This document shows positions 49,092-59,917 of a stretch of DNA of 64,000 nucleotides, in pieces (positions within the stretch are counted from its first letter, which is position 1; each line of letters opens with the position of its first letter). The notes beneath the pieces are model-generated. The model worked only from the letters and a program-made list of their open reading frames with translations, searched no databases and had not been told where the DNA came from. Source of the DNA: Hyphochytrium catenoides (lineage: Eukaryota > Protista > Hyphochytriomycota). The stretch is from positions 186,001-250,000 of the forward strand of contig FLMG01001010.1 in the NCBI GenBank assembly GCA_900088475.1, in the 5' to 3' direction. A program made the position numbers and the translations under genes.

Positions 49092-52000
49092 ATGCCACCA
49101 AAGGGAAAGAACGCCCGTAGAAGAGGGAAGGGATCATCATCCTCATCGAAGGATAATCAGAAGGAGGCTCCCCCTCAGAGCAATGTAGCTGCGGTCCTTG
49201 CTAGCCTCGATGAGGATGTGGACGCTCTTAGCCTTGCTGATAAACTTAGTGATGAAGGCATTGTTGCTACCTGCGCTCAGAATGCAAAGGCCTTAGACGC
49301 AAACTTCAAGGACATCAACATCGAGAACCTGACGGTCACATTCCATGGAAAAGTCATTCTCGATGAGTGTGACCTGCAGCTGAACTACGGCAGAAGGTAA
49401 GAAGCGAATGAAATCACCAGTGATTGGGGGTGAGAATGGGGCCGAGGAGGGAGAGAAGAGACAGCAGAATGATATTGATCTCAAGGAACTACATAGTTTC
49501 TGACGTTTCTTACCGTCATCGGCAGATATGGTCTTCTTGGCAGAAACGGTTGCGGCAAGTCAACGTTAATGAATGTCCTAGGCGCGAGAGCAGTTCCCAT
49601 TCCGGACAACATTGATATTTATCACCTGAAGAATGAGATTGAGGCTAGCGATTTGACTGCCTTAGAGGCAGTGCTGCAGGTGGACGAAGAGAGAGGACGG
49701 CTGCAAACACAAGCCGATGCCTTGACGCACTTGATGGCAGAGTGCGAGGATGATGCTGAGAACGATCGCCTTGTTGAGAGACTCAACGAAATCTATGAGA
49801 GGTTGGATGATTTGGATGCGGAGACCGCAGAGGCTAGGGCCAGGAAGATTCTTTCTGGTAAGGCAGCTAGGACTGGGTTCTTTATCCGACGCCATAAATA
49901 TTTGCGAGTTCAGTTGTCGAAGGAGTCTCCCATTCGGTTCCGTTGTGCATATAGTGTCTAGATCTCTTCTTTTTTGCGCTTGCCAGTCTTCTATTCTGCA
50001 TTCATCAGGCGACGATAGGGACAAAGCCGCTGCTCAGCCCAGTTCTTCCATAGACGGTGAAGCTGACCCCATTCTTTTTTCCACCTAGGTCTTACCTTCT
50101 CATCGGAGATGATGCAGAAGAAGACGCGCGAGTTTAGCGGAGGGTGGAGAATGAGAATTGCTCTCGCACGTGCGCTATTTATTCAACCCACGCTCCTACT
50201 GTTGGACGAGCCTACGAACCACTTGGATATGGAGGCCGTGGTCTGGCTGGAGGACTATCTTGCCAAATGGAAGAAGATTCTGTTCCTAATCTCTCACTCT
50301 CAAGAGTTCATGAATGGAGTGTGCACTAACATTGTCAGAATGCACAACAAGAGATTGACCTACTATTCAGGAAACTACGACCAGGTACAGCTAATGAGGC
50401 TACCAGTCTCACTTTTTCTTCTTACCTATCTCCACTTACGGCTTACGCCTGTCAACGGCCCCTTATTTCTGCTTGCTTCCCATGGCCCTTACGTTCGCTC
50501 CACTGCTCTTGCTTTGGCAGTACGTCCAAACCCGCGAGGAGCTGGAAGAAAATCAGATGAAGCGTTATCAGTGGGAACAGGATCAGATCAAGAACATGAA
50601 GGAATATATCGCCCGCTTCGGACACGGTAGTGCCAAGCTCGCTCGTCAGGCTCAGAGTAAGGAGAAGACCCTGGCTAAGATGGTACGAGGGGGCCTGACA
50701 GACAAAGTGGAGAAGGAGACCGTGATGGACTTCTCCTTCCCAGCACCGGAAAGACTTCCTCCGCCAGTTCTCATGTTTCAGCAAGTGTCGTTTGGCTACC
50801 CGGGTGGCCGGGAACTTTATGCTGACGTCGACTTTGGACTTGACTTGGACTCCAGAGTAGCCCTGGTGGGACCGAATGGAGCTGGCAAATCTACACTTCT
50901 GAAATTGATCAGAGGCGAGTTGATCCCATCAAGCGGCAACATTCGGCCACACAGCAAGCTGCGAGTGGCAAGCTTCACACAGGTGCGAAATTCTCCGTGA
51001 GGTGTTTCTCTACAGCCTGTCTTGCCCTTGTTACTTGCCACAATTTACGCCGTGAAAGCCTTGAGTCTCATGCATTCCGAATGCCACTGAATCTGTGATG
51101 GTATATATATATATACATTTATTAAGCACTACGACCCCTACATTGCAGCACTTCGTGGATGTCCTGGATCTGAGTATGAGCCCGCTGCAGTACTTCAAGT
51201 CTTTGTATGACGACAAGCCCATCGAAGAGTTGAGAAAGTACTTGGGCCGCTACGGCATCTCCGGCGAGGAGCAGACCCAAATCATGGGTCAGTTGTCGGA
51301 TGGACAGAAGAGTCGAGTGGTGTTTGCTTATATGGCACAGAAGAACGCGCACATCTTGCTTCTGGATGAGCCGACGAATCACTTGGATATGGGTAAGTCA
51401 GTGGTATCCTAATAAGCCCTCGAGACCTATGGTTGAAGTGCATGACACGTTTCTTACCGCTTCGATTGTGTCGCAGAGACCATTGACGCTCTGGCTCGTG
51501 CTCTCAACTCCTTTGAGGGCGGCATCCTTCTTGTGAGCCACGACATGAGACTGATCTCTCAGGTTGCCAAGGAGATTTGGCTGGTAGACAATCATACGGT
51601 CAGCAGGTACGAAGGAGAAATATCGGACTTCAAGATGAGAATCAGGAAGCAGTTGAAGCTCGAAGGTGAGACTTTTGAACAGTAACACAAATCCTGGGAC
51701 GTAGTATTACTTTTGATCTTTCTTTATTTCTCGTCTACTCTGATGCGCGCTGTCCCTTTGCGTCTTTTACGCCAGAAGTGTATCGGACAGATGGAGCACA
51801 TGAGGACAGGATCTAATTAATTTTTTCTTATGTAACTCTCTTTCAGAGTTGTCTGATGACTCCAAGCCCAAGAAAAGCGCGGCTAAGGCGGCACCTAGCT
51901 CTAATGGCAAGACCGCGGTAACATCGAATGGGAAGTCGGCGCAATCAAATGGAAAGGCCCCAGGTCAATCTGCGAAAACCTCCACCGGGGGACCGTCAGG

Positions 52001-52170
52001 TGCTTGAAGTCAAAGTAGACTTGTTACAAGGCATAACGGTGACACGAAGTCTGACAAGATCTCCTATTCTCGTGCATGTTAATCTTGCAGCGAGCGGGGC
52101 ATATGTACCGCCTCATATGAGGAAGGCAACGGCAACTGGATCCTCGGACAGTCGTGACGCGTGGGATTAA
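49092..52170 (+). CDS. ABCF2: ABC-F family ATPase (ABCF2/Arb1-like, soluble, ribosome-associated)
   Basis: Two ABC domains and no TM: [43 protein letters not shown], linker [54 protein letters not shown] and VSHDMRLI. Last exon 52091-52170. Confidence 0.95.
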
Positions 52171-52543
52171 CCTTATTTATGACATTTCGTTGGAGTTTAT
52201 GGAAGAGTTTTGGCTAGGGTGATAGCTGAACTAAGTGGATGAATGTATCGACCTTCAACTAGTAGTTGCTTTCACAAAGCCTTGTACATTTCTCTTCTAC
52301 TCTACCTTGTGCCACCTCCATAATATCACCCCCGCTCCAGCCAAGTCCTTTTTCACTTCATTATGCCCAGGACTACGTTGACCGTTTGAAGATCTGCCAA
52401 CTATTCAAAGCTTAGCCGTAAGGCCTGCTCGCAGCACTCTTTACCGCGCAACAATGAAAAAGCTGTTACACGGGACAAGAAGATGTAAATGCTGCTTTAT
52501 ATATTTATGCCTGCTCGGTTCTGATCTATCTCTGGGTGGGTCT

Positions 52544-54372
52544 CTACCGTGCCTCTCTAAAGTCAAGATACGAGAGAAGAAGGATTAGGCTGAATTCCAT
52601 ACGTTTGGCTAAGAAAGAAGGTAGATTCAGGAGAAAAATGAGAAAGAGGATCCACGAAAGCCGAACCGGAGAGCAATGCACATTCAATCACGAGAAGACG
52701 ACGAGAGATCAACATAATCACCTTCTCTTTCTAACGTCATAATTGTATACACGTGCCATGTTGACCTCTGTTGTGATAATCTGGTCTCTTAGGAAATAAA
52801 GGTCTGCCTCAATGTCTTTCTGTCATTGTCGCCGCGATCGACGTGGCGAAGGCAGAGAGGGATCGCATACGTTAGATGCCTGGCCAACGCTTATTAAAGA
52901 CATTGAAGGCCGCATGGGAAAGTATGCGTAATGCCCAACTACGAGACCAGGTTAAGGACCGAGAAAATAGTGGGGAGAACGTACCAGCTTTGCCGTGGCA
53001 GAGGTAAGATTCTTGTTAAGCATCTCGACGGCTTCTGCACATGTGTACTCGAGCATAACATTTGCCTACAAAGAGCACCGATACCTGAGCTGAACTTCCT
53101 TTCCAAGCCTTCATGGCTGGTCGCCTCAGGACAACCGAGCGCATCTTCCCCTTCTGCTTTTATCGTTTATCTCTATCACTAACGCCCGCCTTGGCCTCAC
53201 TGAGGGTATTGACAACTGTCCACGGCGTCTTCTTGACTTATGTGGGTCCTCCCTCTATCTCTCGCTCAGACAAACTCCACATTCTGTCTAGCTTCTCTTA
53301 TAAGCGCTTTTGCGTCTAACCCTTGTGTTAGTACAAGTCCACCTGCCTTGCCCAAAGTATCTGAGCCTCGGTTTTAGCCTTATGCTTATTGTCATCTATT
53401 TCTTGTCTTCGTTCCTCCCCATATTGGTGTGCTACTTACCCCTAGCCACAAGCAAACAGAGTCCTGAGCAGGGTCTATCTCCGCATTGGCAAAAACGTTA
53501 TCTGCCAGGCTAAACCGTGTCTGGAGCTTCTCTTCATTTTCCTTAAAAGGACACGAGGATGAGGATGATGACAGAAAGGGAAACACGTACACATAGACAG
53601 ATTAAAGCAATGATGTTTGAGCAGTGGTTAGACCAGTCCAGAGTGTAGACAAACAAAGCTACGCAGTATTTCCTTCCACTTCTTCTCGCCGATTGCCGTT
53701 CGTACTCAATTACTCCCCCTCTTTCCTTCACGTTTGCCATAGATCTCACTTGCCAAATTACCTTCTTTTCGTGCAGGAGCTGCACCATCGCCAGGGTCTT
53801 CTCAATGTCTGGTAGCTTTGTCTTCAGCTGGGCCTTATTCTTCAACATATGGCTCTCCATGAACTGATACTTCCTACGCCCGACCGACCACGGAAGACTC
53901 ATTAGTTTGTGTGTGGCCGCCGTAGAGGTGCCAAAGGAGTGACAACTGCCAAGTGCGACCATCTCTCTCGGGTGAAAAGAAGCTTGGAAACGATCGAGAA
54001 CGGAAGTGCAAACCGGTAAAGTTCTTCAATGGCAGCGATGATGACGTCCACCGTCCCTAGTGCTCCTAAGGAACCTAGAAAGTCCTCAACGTTATCCTAG
54101 AGAGAGAGCATCGGTCAATGAAGAGAAGAGCCAGAGACAAAAAGGTACCCGGAGCACGAGTCCCGTTGAAAGACTCCAATGTGCACAATACACTAGGCAC
54201 GAGCAATATAACCATCGCAACTAGCTGTAGGGGGTGCATAGAAAACGCCTCTCAAGAGCCGAAAATGAGGGTGACTTACGATAAAATTAGCCTTGGGGAT
54301 GCCTCTGGGATTCCTCTCCCCAGTGAGCTTGGCTGTGACCTCGCTTACCGGCAGACTAGCTGTACTATCCAT
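52544..54372 (-). CDS. PFDN3: Prefoldin subunit 3 (VBP1/Gim2)
   Basis: NPRGIPKANFIDNVEDF, YRKYQFME, LKTKLPDIEKTL, TRFSLADNVFANA, VCLWLGANVMLEY and FLRDQIITTEVNMARVYNYDV. The stop is either at 52718 or, through a last intron, at 52544. Confidence 0.95.
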
Positions 54373-55156
54373 AGCTAGCTTCTGATTTTCTACACAAAGT
54401 GCAAGGAGCAAGCTTTGCTGATCGAACCTCTTCCTGGCAGATAGCTTTTCTGAATGGAGAGAAAGAAGTACGAACCCGAGGAGGTGGCGGATTACCAAAG
54501 TGGAGGCGAAGAGAGGGCAAAGCTGTGAGGAAGATGAGACGTGGGGGCGAATCTTTTCAACATCGTATAGAGTTTGTACTCGTATCATAACCCTGTTCAT
54601 GGAAATCCTGCCGCGCTCAACAGGAAGCCAAGAAGCTCCAACGCCGCTGAAGGAACAAACTACGCCATCCTTTCATTGAAGATATGGCTTACTACTACAA
54701 CGAACACTAGCTTGGTACTGTAGGAAGTGGTATTGTAGAGTGTTGACAATTCCATGTAAAAAAGTTCTTGCTGACATGTTAGCTGAGCAATGCACCGCGA
54801 TGATGATGAACAAAGGAGGTAGAAGGTGGATGAAGAGGTAGCGCAAGCAACATCATCCTGGTGCTAGGGCCGACGACTGAAGTTTTGGAGGAAGGATATC
54901 TATTGAGGGCTTATTATGAGGATAAGTGTCACCTTGCAGAGCGAGGCTATTACTTCCCTGTTTGTAGCAATAAATAAAGAAGCGATGAAGTCCATGGAAG
55001 GGGCAATATACAGAGAATCACTTAAAGACACTAACCTTAAAGTAAGAGCTGTCCAAGAGCAATATGAGGTTTCTCAGTGATGGTTAATGGATAGATGATG
55101 ATTGGCAGCGAGGGGAAAGAGGATCCCAGCCCCAAGACCAACAGAGTCCGCTATTT

Positions 55157-55312
55157 CTTGATGAACATCCCTAGATTCTTTAGCTTTATTGATGTATGCT
55201 GCTCACTGGCATCTCCATAAAATTAACTAGGAGCTTGATGAACATCCCTAGATTCTTTAGCTTTATTGATGTATGCTGCTCACTGGCATCTCCATAAAAT
55301 TAACTAGGAGCT
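55157..55312. repeat. Perfect 77-bp tandem duplication
   Basis: CTTGATGAACATCCC...TTAACTAGGAG begins at 55157 and again at 55234. Confidence 0.97.
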
Positions 55313-55489
55313 AGAACCTACGAACCTAACCCGCACAATTGCACCTTATTCTAAAAGACATGTACTGTTATCTTGAAAATGTCGTGACTTCGCCACTCGG
55401 TGTGGGATGAGTGACTGGATAGCTAGCTAGGTAGAATGATCTACCCAAGACAGAGAGCCCTTAGTGCATCCGCGAGGAATCCCTCCTGA

Positions 55490-56559
55490 CTAGCCCGATC
55501 GCTTAATAAACTGCTCTTCCATATACTTCCAAAGTACCGAGAACAGCATACCCTGCATACCGTTGGCAATGATTCTCGTCTTCAGACCACGACCAAAAAG
55601 GCCAGCCAGTCCATCGCTATCAATAACCATTCGAGCGGCAGCAGGATAGGAGATTGGTTCATGACTGGTCTGTTTCGTCGTCTTTATCACTCGAATAGAG
55701 TTTGATACGGTATCCGAGACAACAGAAGAGGTGAAACCAATAATCGCGTTTCTGCCAAGTTTGTGCAGCGTCTTATCTGCCTCCGCTTTTGGAAGCTTCT
55801 CTTGCAAAAAATTGTACGTCGCAAACCACGGATAGTGGCCAGCGAAGGTAGCTCCCGACGCTGCCAGAGCACCGTGGTAGAGGACAGGGACGCCGCCCTT
55901 TCCAAGTTTGGTTTTGAGCACTGACATGCCCTTAGCACCATCCACTTGCAGACTAGTCTTCAAAGTATCGATAGGCATGAGAAAGATGCGCCAAAGAGCA
56001 GCAGTTCCAGAAGCCGCAAGGGTCTTTACTGCTACTGGGAGGTCCCTTGTTGCCGCGGTGTTATCAAGCAGCGCGAGCACTCCTGAGTTTGCAGCTGTGT
56101 CGCCAAACCTCGAGAGAGGGCCCTGAAGCAACGAGTGGGAAGTCTTAGAAGGACAAGAGTAGAAGCTGAAAACAAGAGCTCGCTACCTGTAAAAGCGCGG
56201 GTCCAACTCCACGATAGAATCGCCGAACTCCTCCGTCCTTATACAAGGCTTTCAGAGCCTCGGTAGTGGACGTACCATAACGGTACTGATAGTTCATCGT
56301 GGTCCTCAACCACATGAGGGACATCACCTGGATACCCATGGCAGCAGCCCCAGGAAGGCCACCTCCTAGCGCTCTCTTCCCTGCCTTCTTTAGTACCTCG
56401 GAAAAAGGAGGGTGCTCGGTAGTCAGAAGTACTGTGGACCCAGAGGGAGATTGGTCAGGTACGTAGCTCCACTAACAATGTATTGATGTCGAGTTCACCT
56501 GGTGCGTTAGCAAGCTCTGCCTGGGGCTTGATGGCAACGGTGGTAGCCGAAGGCGCCAT
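55490..56559 (-). CDS. Mitochondrial carrier family protein, atypical '[11 protein letters not shown]' type
   Basis: Three exons. [74 protein letters not shown] and [18 protein letters not shown]. Confidence 0.92.
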
Positions 56560-57513
56560 GATTCAGAGAGGCGAAGAGCTCTGTTTTGAGTTAGTCCCCT
56601 ACCAGTCTATAAAACAGCGAAGGTGCTGGCGACGTCAAAGTCCGTGGAGTTCTCCGACAGACTCACCGCCAGCAGTCAATGAGGTGAACAAGAGAGGGAA
56701 AAAGAGCAAGTGAATGACAAGGCTTGACCCCCAAAAGCATTGCACTCTATGGGTAAGGATCTTCTAAGAAACATTAGGCCAAGTTAGTGTTGAGGGTGCT
56801 TGAAGGTTGTCTCCAGGATATCCCAGTCTTTATCACTGTTGCTTCAAACTACCAGCTTGTCACAGGTGATGCTAAACAATAAAATGTATATCCTCGAGTT
56901 CTAAAACAGGTCACTGTAACTCTTGATTCTCCTCTCTGCCCTGTCAACGAGACAGAAGGGAGACAAACGAGGGAGAATAAGAAAGTGAAAGGCTAAAGAG
57001 ATATTGATGAAAACACCATTCTGTAAGGAAGATAGCCAGACCCCAACATCACAAGAACACACCCAAATCTGATGATTGAAGGAAAGAAACATTTGTTTGC
57101 AAGGAATCGCTCCTAAGAGACTTTCTACCATTAAACCTGCATCATTGCTGATTGTTGCTGATTATGAAATATTCTCTCCTAAAGTTGCGGTTTGATGTCT
57201 GATCCCTCACCACGACAAGTGCCAAAAAGACAGTTTGACCTGCAGTATCCACTTGTATTCTGAATAATACGGATTATGTAAAAGCTATCCGGAATGACCT
57301 CCATTTATAAAAGCTCTATTCGCAATAAAATTGCCGATGATGATCGAAAGGTGATGCCTTCCTGTCATTTATTGCCGCGGTTAGGCTCTATGTCCATTCC
57401 AGGTGGAAGAAAGAGCAAGGGTAAAGCTATAGTTCTAGAACTGAGAGCAGCTGTGTGCAGAAGAAGCATGGGAGCTAGCTCTCCTCTTGACAGGCATTCA
57501 CGTCGGCTTGCCA

Positions 57514-59649
57514 TCACGACATTTCCCGCTGCCCTCTCTCTGTCACCGTTAGCCTCTCACACCATACCATGGCCGCCACAGTCAACAATGGGGCTTGAGT
57601 GAGTGGAGGGCTTGTCATGGAGTGCGGGTGCTTCCTACCTCCATCAACAAAAAGGATATGCCGTAGAAGGAGAACTATCCTGTCCAGCTTGTTGTTATCA
57701 CTGCTGTTCCCATCATCGCCCACGCCTTTTGTGCTCTCCCAAACAACTTCAACTTTTTGGGCGGTTACGTTCCAGATGATGACAGCTTTCTCACGCCCGT
57801 TCGCACGCCGTAAGTAGTAATTAGTAAGTGCGCAACAGAGATTTTGATTGATGGCTTGTGGTGGGGTGTCTCGAGGGAGTGGAGTTCTGGTACTTCTGGT
57901 TGGAACTGTGTAGGAAAGTGGCCTTTGGTTCGATGCGTCATTAGCCAATACCAATGCAGGCTATAAACCCTGAGAGATTATCATCACGAACTCTATTGCT
58001 GCGCTTGCTCTTATAAGTCTCTACAGTTGCTAAATAAAAAAGCATCAAGTGCTGAGTTACGGTAGCTGTGATGGTCAGTATATATGTATTCTGATGGTCA
58101 GCACTTCTCTGCCTTTTACTTCTTAGCGCTTCGAATGGCAACGAGACTACTACTATGCGATCCAAGATTCTTAAACTGACAAAGTAACAAGAGACGTGCA
58201 GATCACAATCGCTGAGGCATGGTTGGTAATGCAAGAATAGGGCACTACAGTCTATACGGCAGGACGCATAACGGTGCATAGCAGAGAGTTTGTCACCCTT
58301 GAAAGCACGGGAGGTGTAGTACATAGCAACGTAAAAAGAAGGTGGCAGACACTTCCAGCCAAAAGTATGGCAAAGCGTGACGTTACTCTCGTGATGGGCC
58401 AGACAAGCTAGAGAAAGCATCCCGCTGCGCTCTGCCGTCTACTGATCTAAAAATGATGACAAGAAGCGCCACATGTTGGGATCGGTGTACATATGTAAAG
58501 CTAAAAGGAAGGATGTATGTTGGGCTCCGTCTATAAGATCGTTTCTTATGATCAATAGAGCCTTGGCGCTTTAGCCAAAACAAATAGGGAGATGATGGAG
58601 TAACTAGTTGCAATATTGTTAGCAAGAGGAAGAATAATACTTAATAGAGAATAGTAAGGAGAAGTATGGTTCCTTTGCTAGAAGGATTCAACAACCAATC
58701 TTCCAGCATCTTATCCGTCTCACTGGCCCATGATGCTCCTTTTTTTGCTTCCTATAAATAAGAAGGTTGTAGTTGCACTACTGCCCTCACTGTTCTTCTC
58801 AATCTATTTATCGTTTCGACGATGACTGAATGATGGGCCCCTTCTGGATGATGAGGGATGGCGGGCTTTCAGCATAGCTCATTCTGATAGTGATGCTTAG
58901 CTTAGTACTAAGAAGAGCCAAGAACAATTGAATGCTGTATGCTAATCAACAACAACAACCCCAAATGATAAAGGACAACTAGAACCCACTATACCTTCAA
59001 CGATGAGTCAAATAGAAGTCCCACGCTTCTTCTGAATGACCGTTGACCGCAATGGTAACATCATCATTATACTATTATTGATCAATCTGACTACTTCTTA
59101 TCTGGACGATGATGCGAAATCATAAGAGAGATACTACCGCGGCGGATCACCTAATTACCGCCTACAGAGCCCTTGTCATCCATCATAATATTATTATCAT
59201 TATCACAGCTGTAAATATATCCTTGTGACAGGTTTACCTGGATCTGTGCTGAACGAACTCTCAGTCTCTACCTCAGTGGCATCCACCAAGTGATGAACAG
59301 AAGAAGAAGGAACCATTATTGAGAGGAAGCAGATGACTCACTTCTTCTCAATCAAGCGAAAAAACAAGACAGACTGCGCCAGTTGGGCTGTAGGAAGAAG
59401 CGATCCGAATCCTGGCCGTTAGCTGCTAGCGAGCTTAGTTGAAGGTTCTTGTCTGTAGATCTGAACTGTTGATGGGATGGAGCTTTGTCGCCGCCTTTGC
59501 GGTCTGTTAGATGATGGGAGAAACATCCTCCTCCTGAGCTCTTTTACATCGGTTATTCTCACGTCCTCTTCTGCTGCGGAATTGGCCGCCTGTCCAGAAG
59601 AAGAAATCACCTTTGAAGAATCCCGAGGAGGAATGGCGGATGCCGACAA
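57514..59649 (-). other. Degenerate, apparently intron-less region with staggered ORF fragments (possible decayed gene or mobile element)
   Basis: Overlapping minus-strand ORFs 58625-58383, 58420-57941 and 57954-57514, plus 59649-59419. The region is more AT-rich than the genes and lacks the local intron pattern. No recognisable domain. Confidence 0.25.
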
Positions 59650-59917
59650 TCACTAGCATTGAGTCACTGGTTGTGGTTATTCACTGATGGGATGAGGAGG
59701 AGGATTATGACCCTGCGTATCAAGCGTAATTTAAGAACGAGGAGGGTGCCCCGGTGCTGTGTGCGGCGTTGGTTAAGAAAGCCGCCGATAGAACCGAGTG
59801 AAGGAAAGCCAAAAACACCTATGAAGTAGCTCAATACACGCGGTGAGGTGCCAGCGCGTCATAAAAGGACAAGTTTCTCCGTGGAACAAGCCGCTGGAGA
59901 ATAGACCAAATAGCACC

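Noticed and set aside
55157-55312. 77-bp repeat as a CRISPR-like array
   Set aside because: Only two directly adjacent copies, no spacers, no cas genes, and a eukaryotic context.
57003-57072. Possible box C/D snoRNA (TTGATGA..CTGA, about 70 nt), with similar motifs near 54800-54880 and 58850-58890
   Set aside because: There is no convincing terminal stem and no guide I can match to rRNA. GAT repeats are common here, so the boxes can arise by chance. snoscan or Infernal would settle it.
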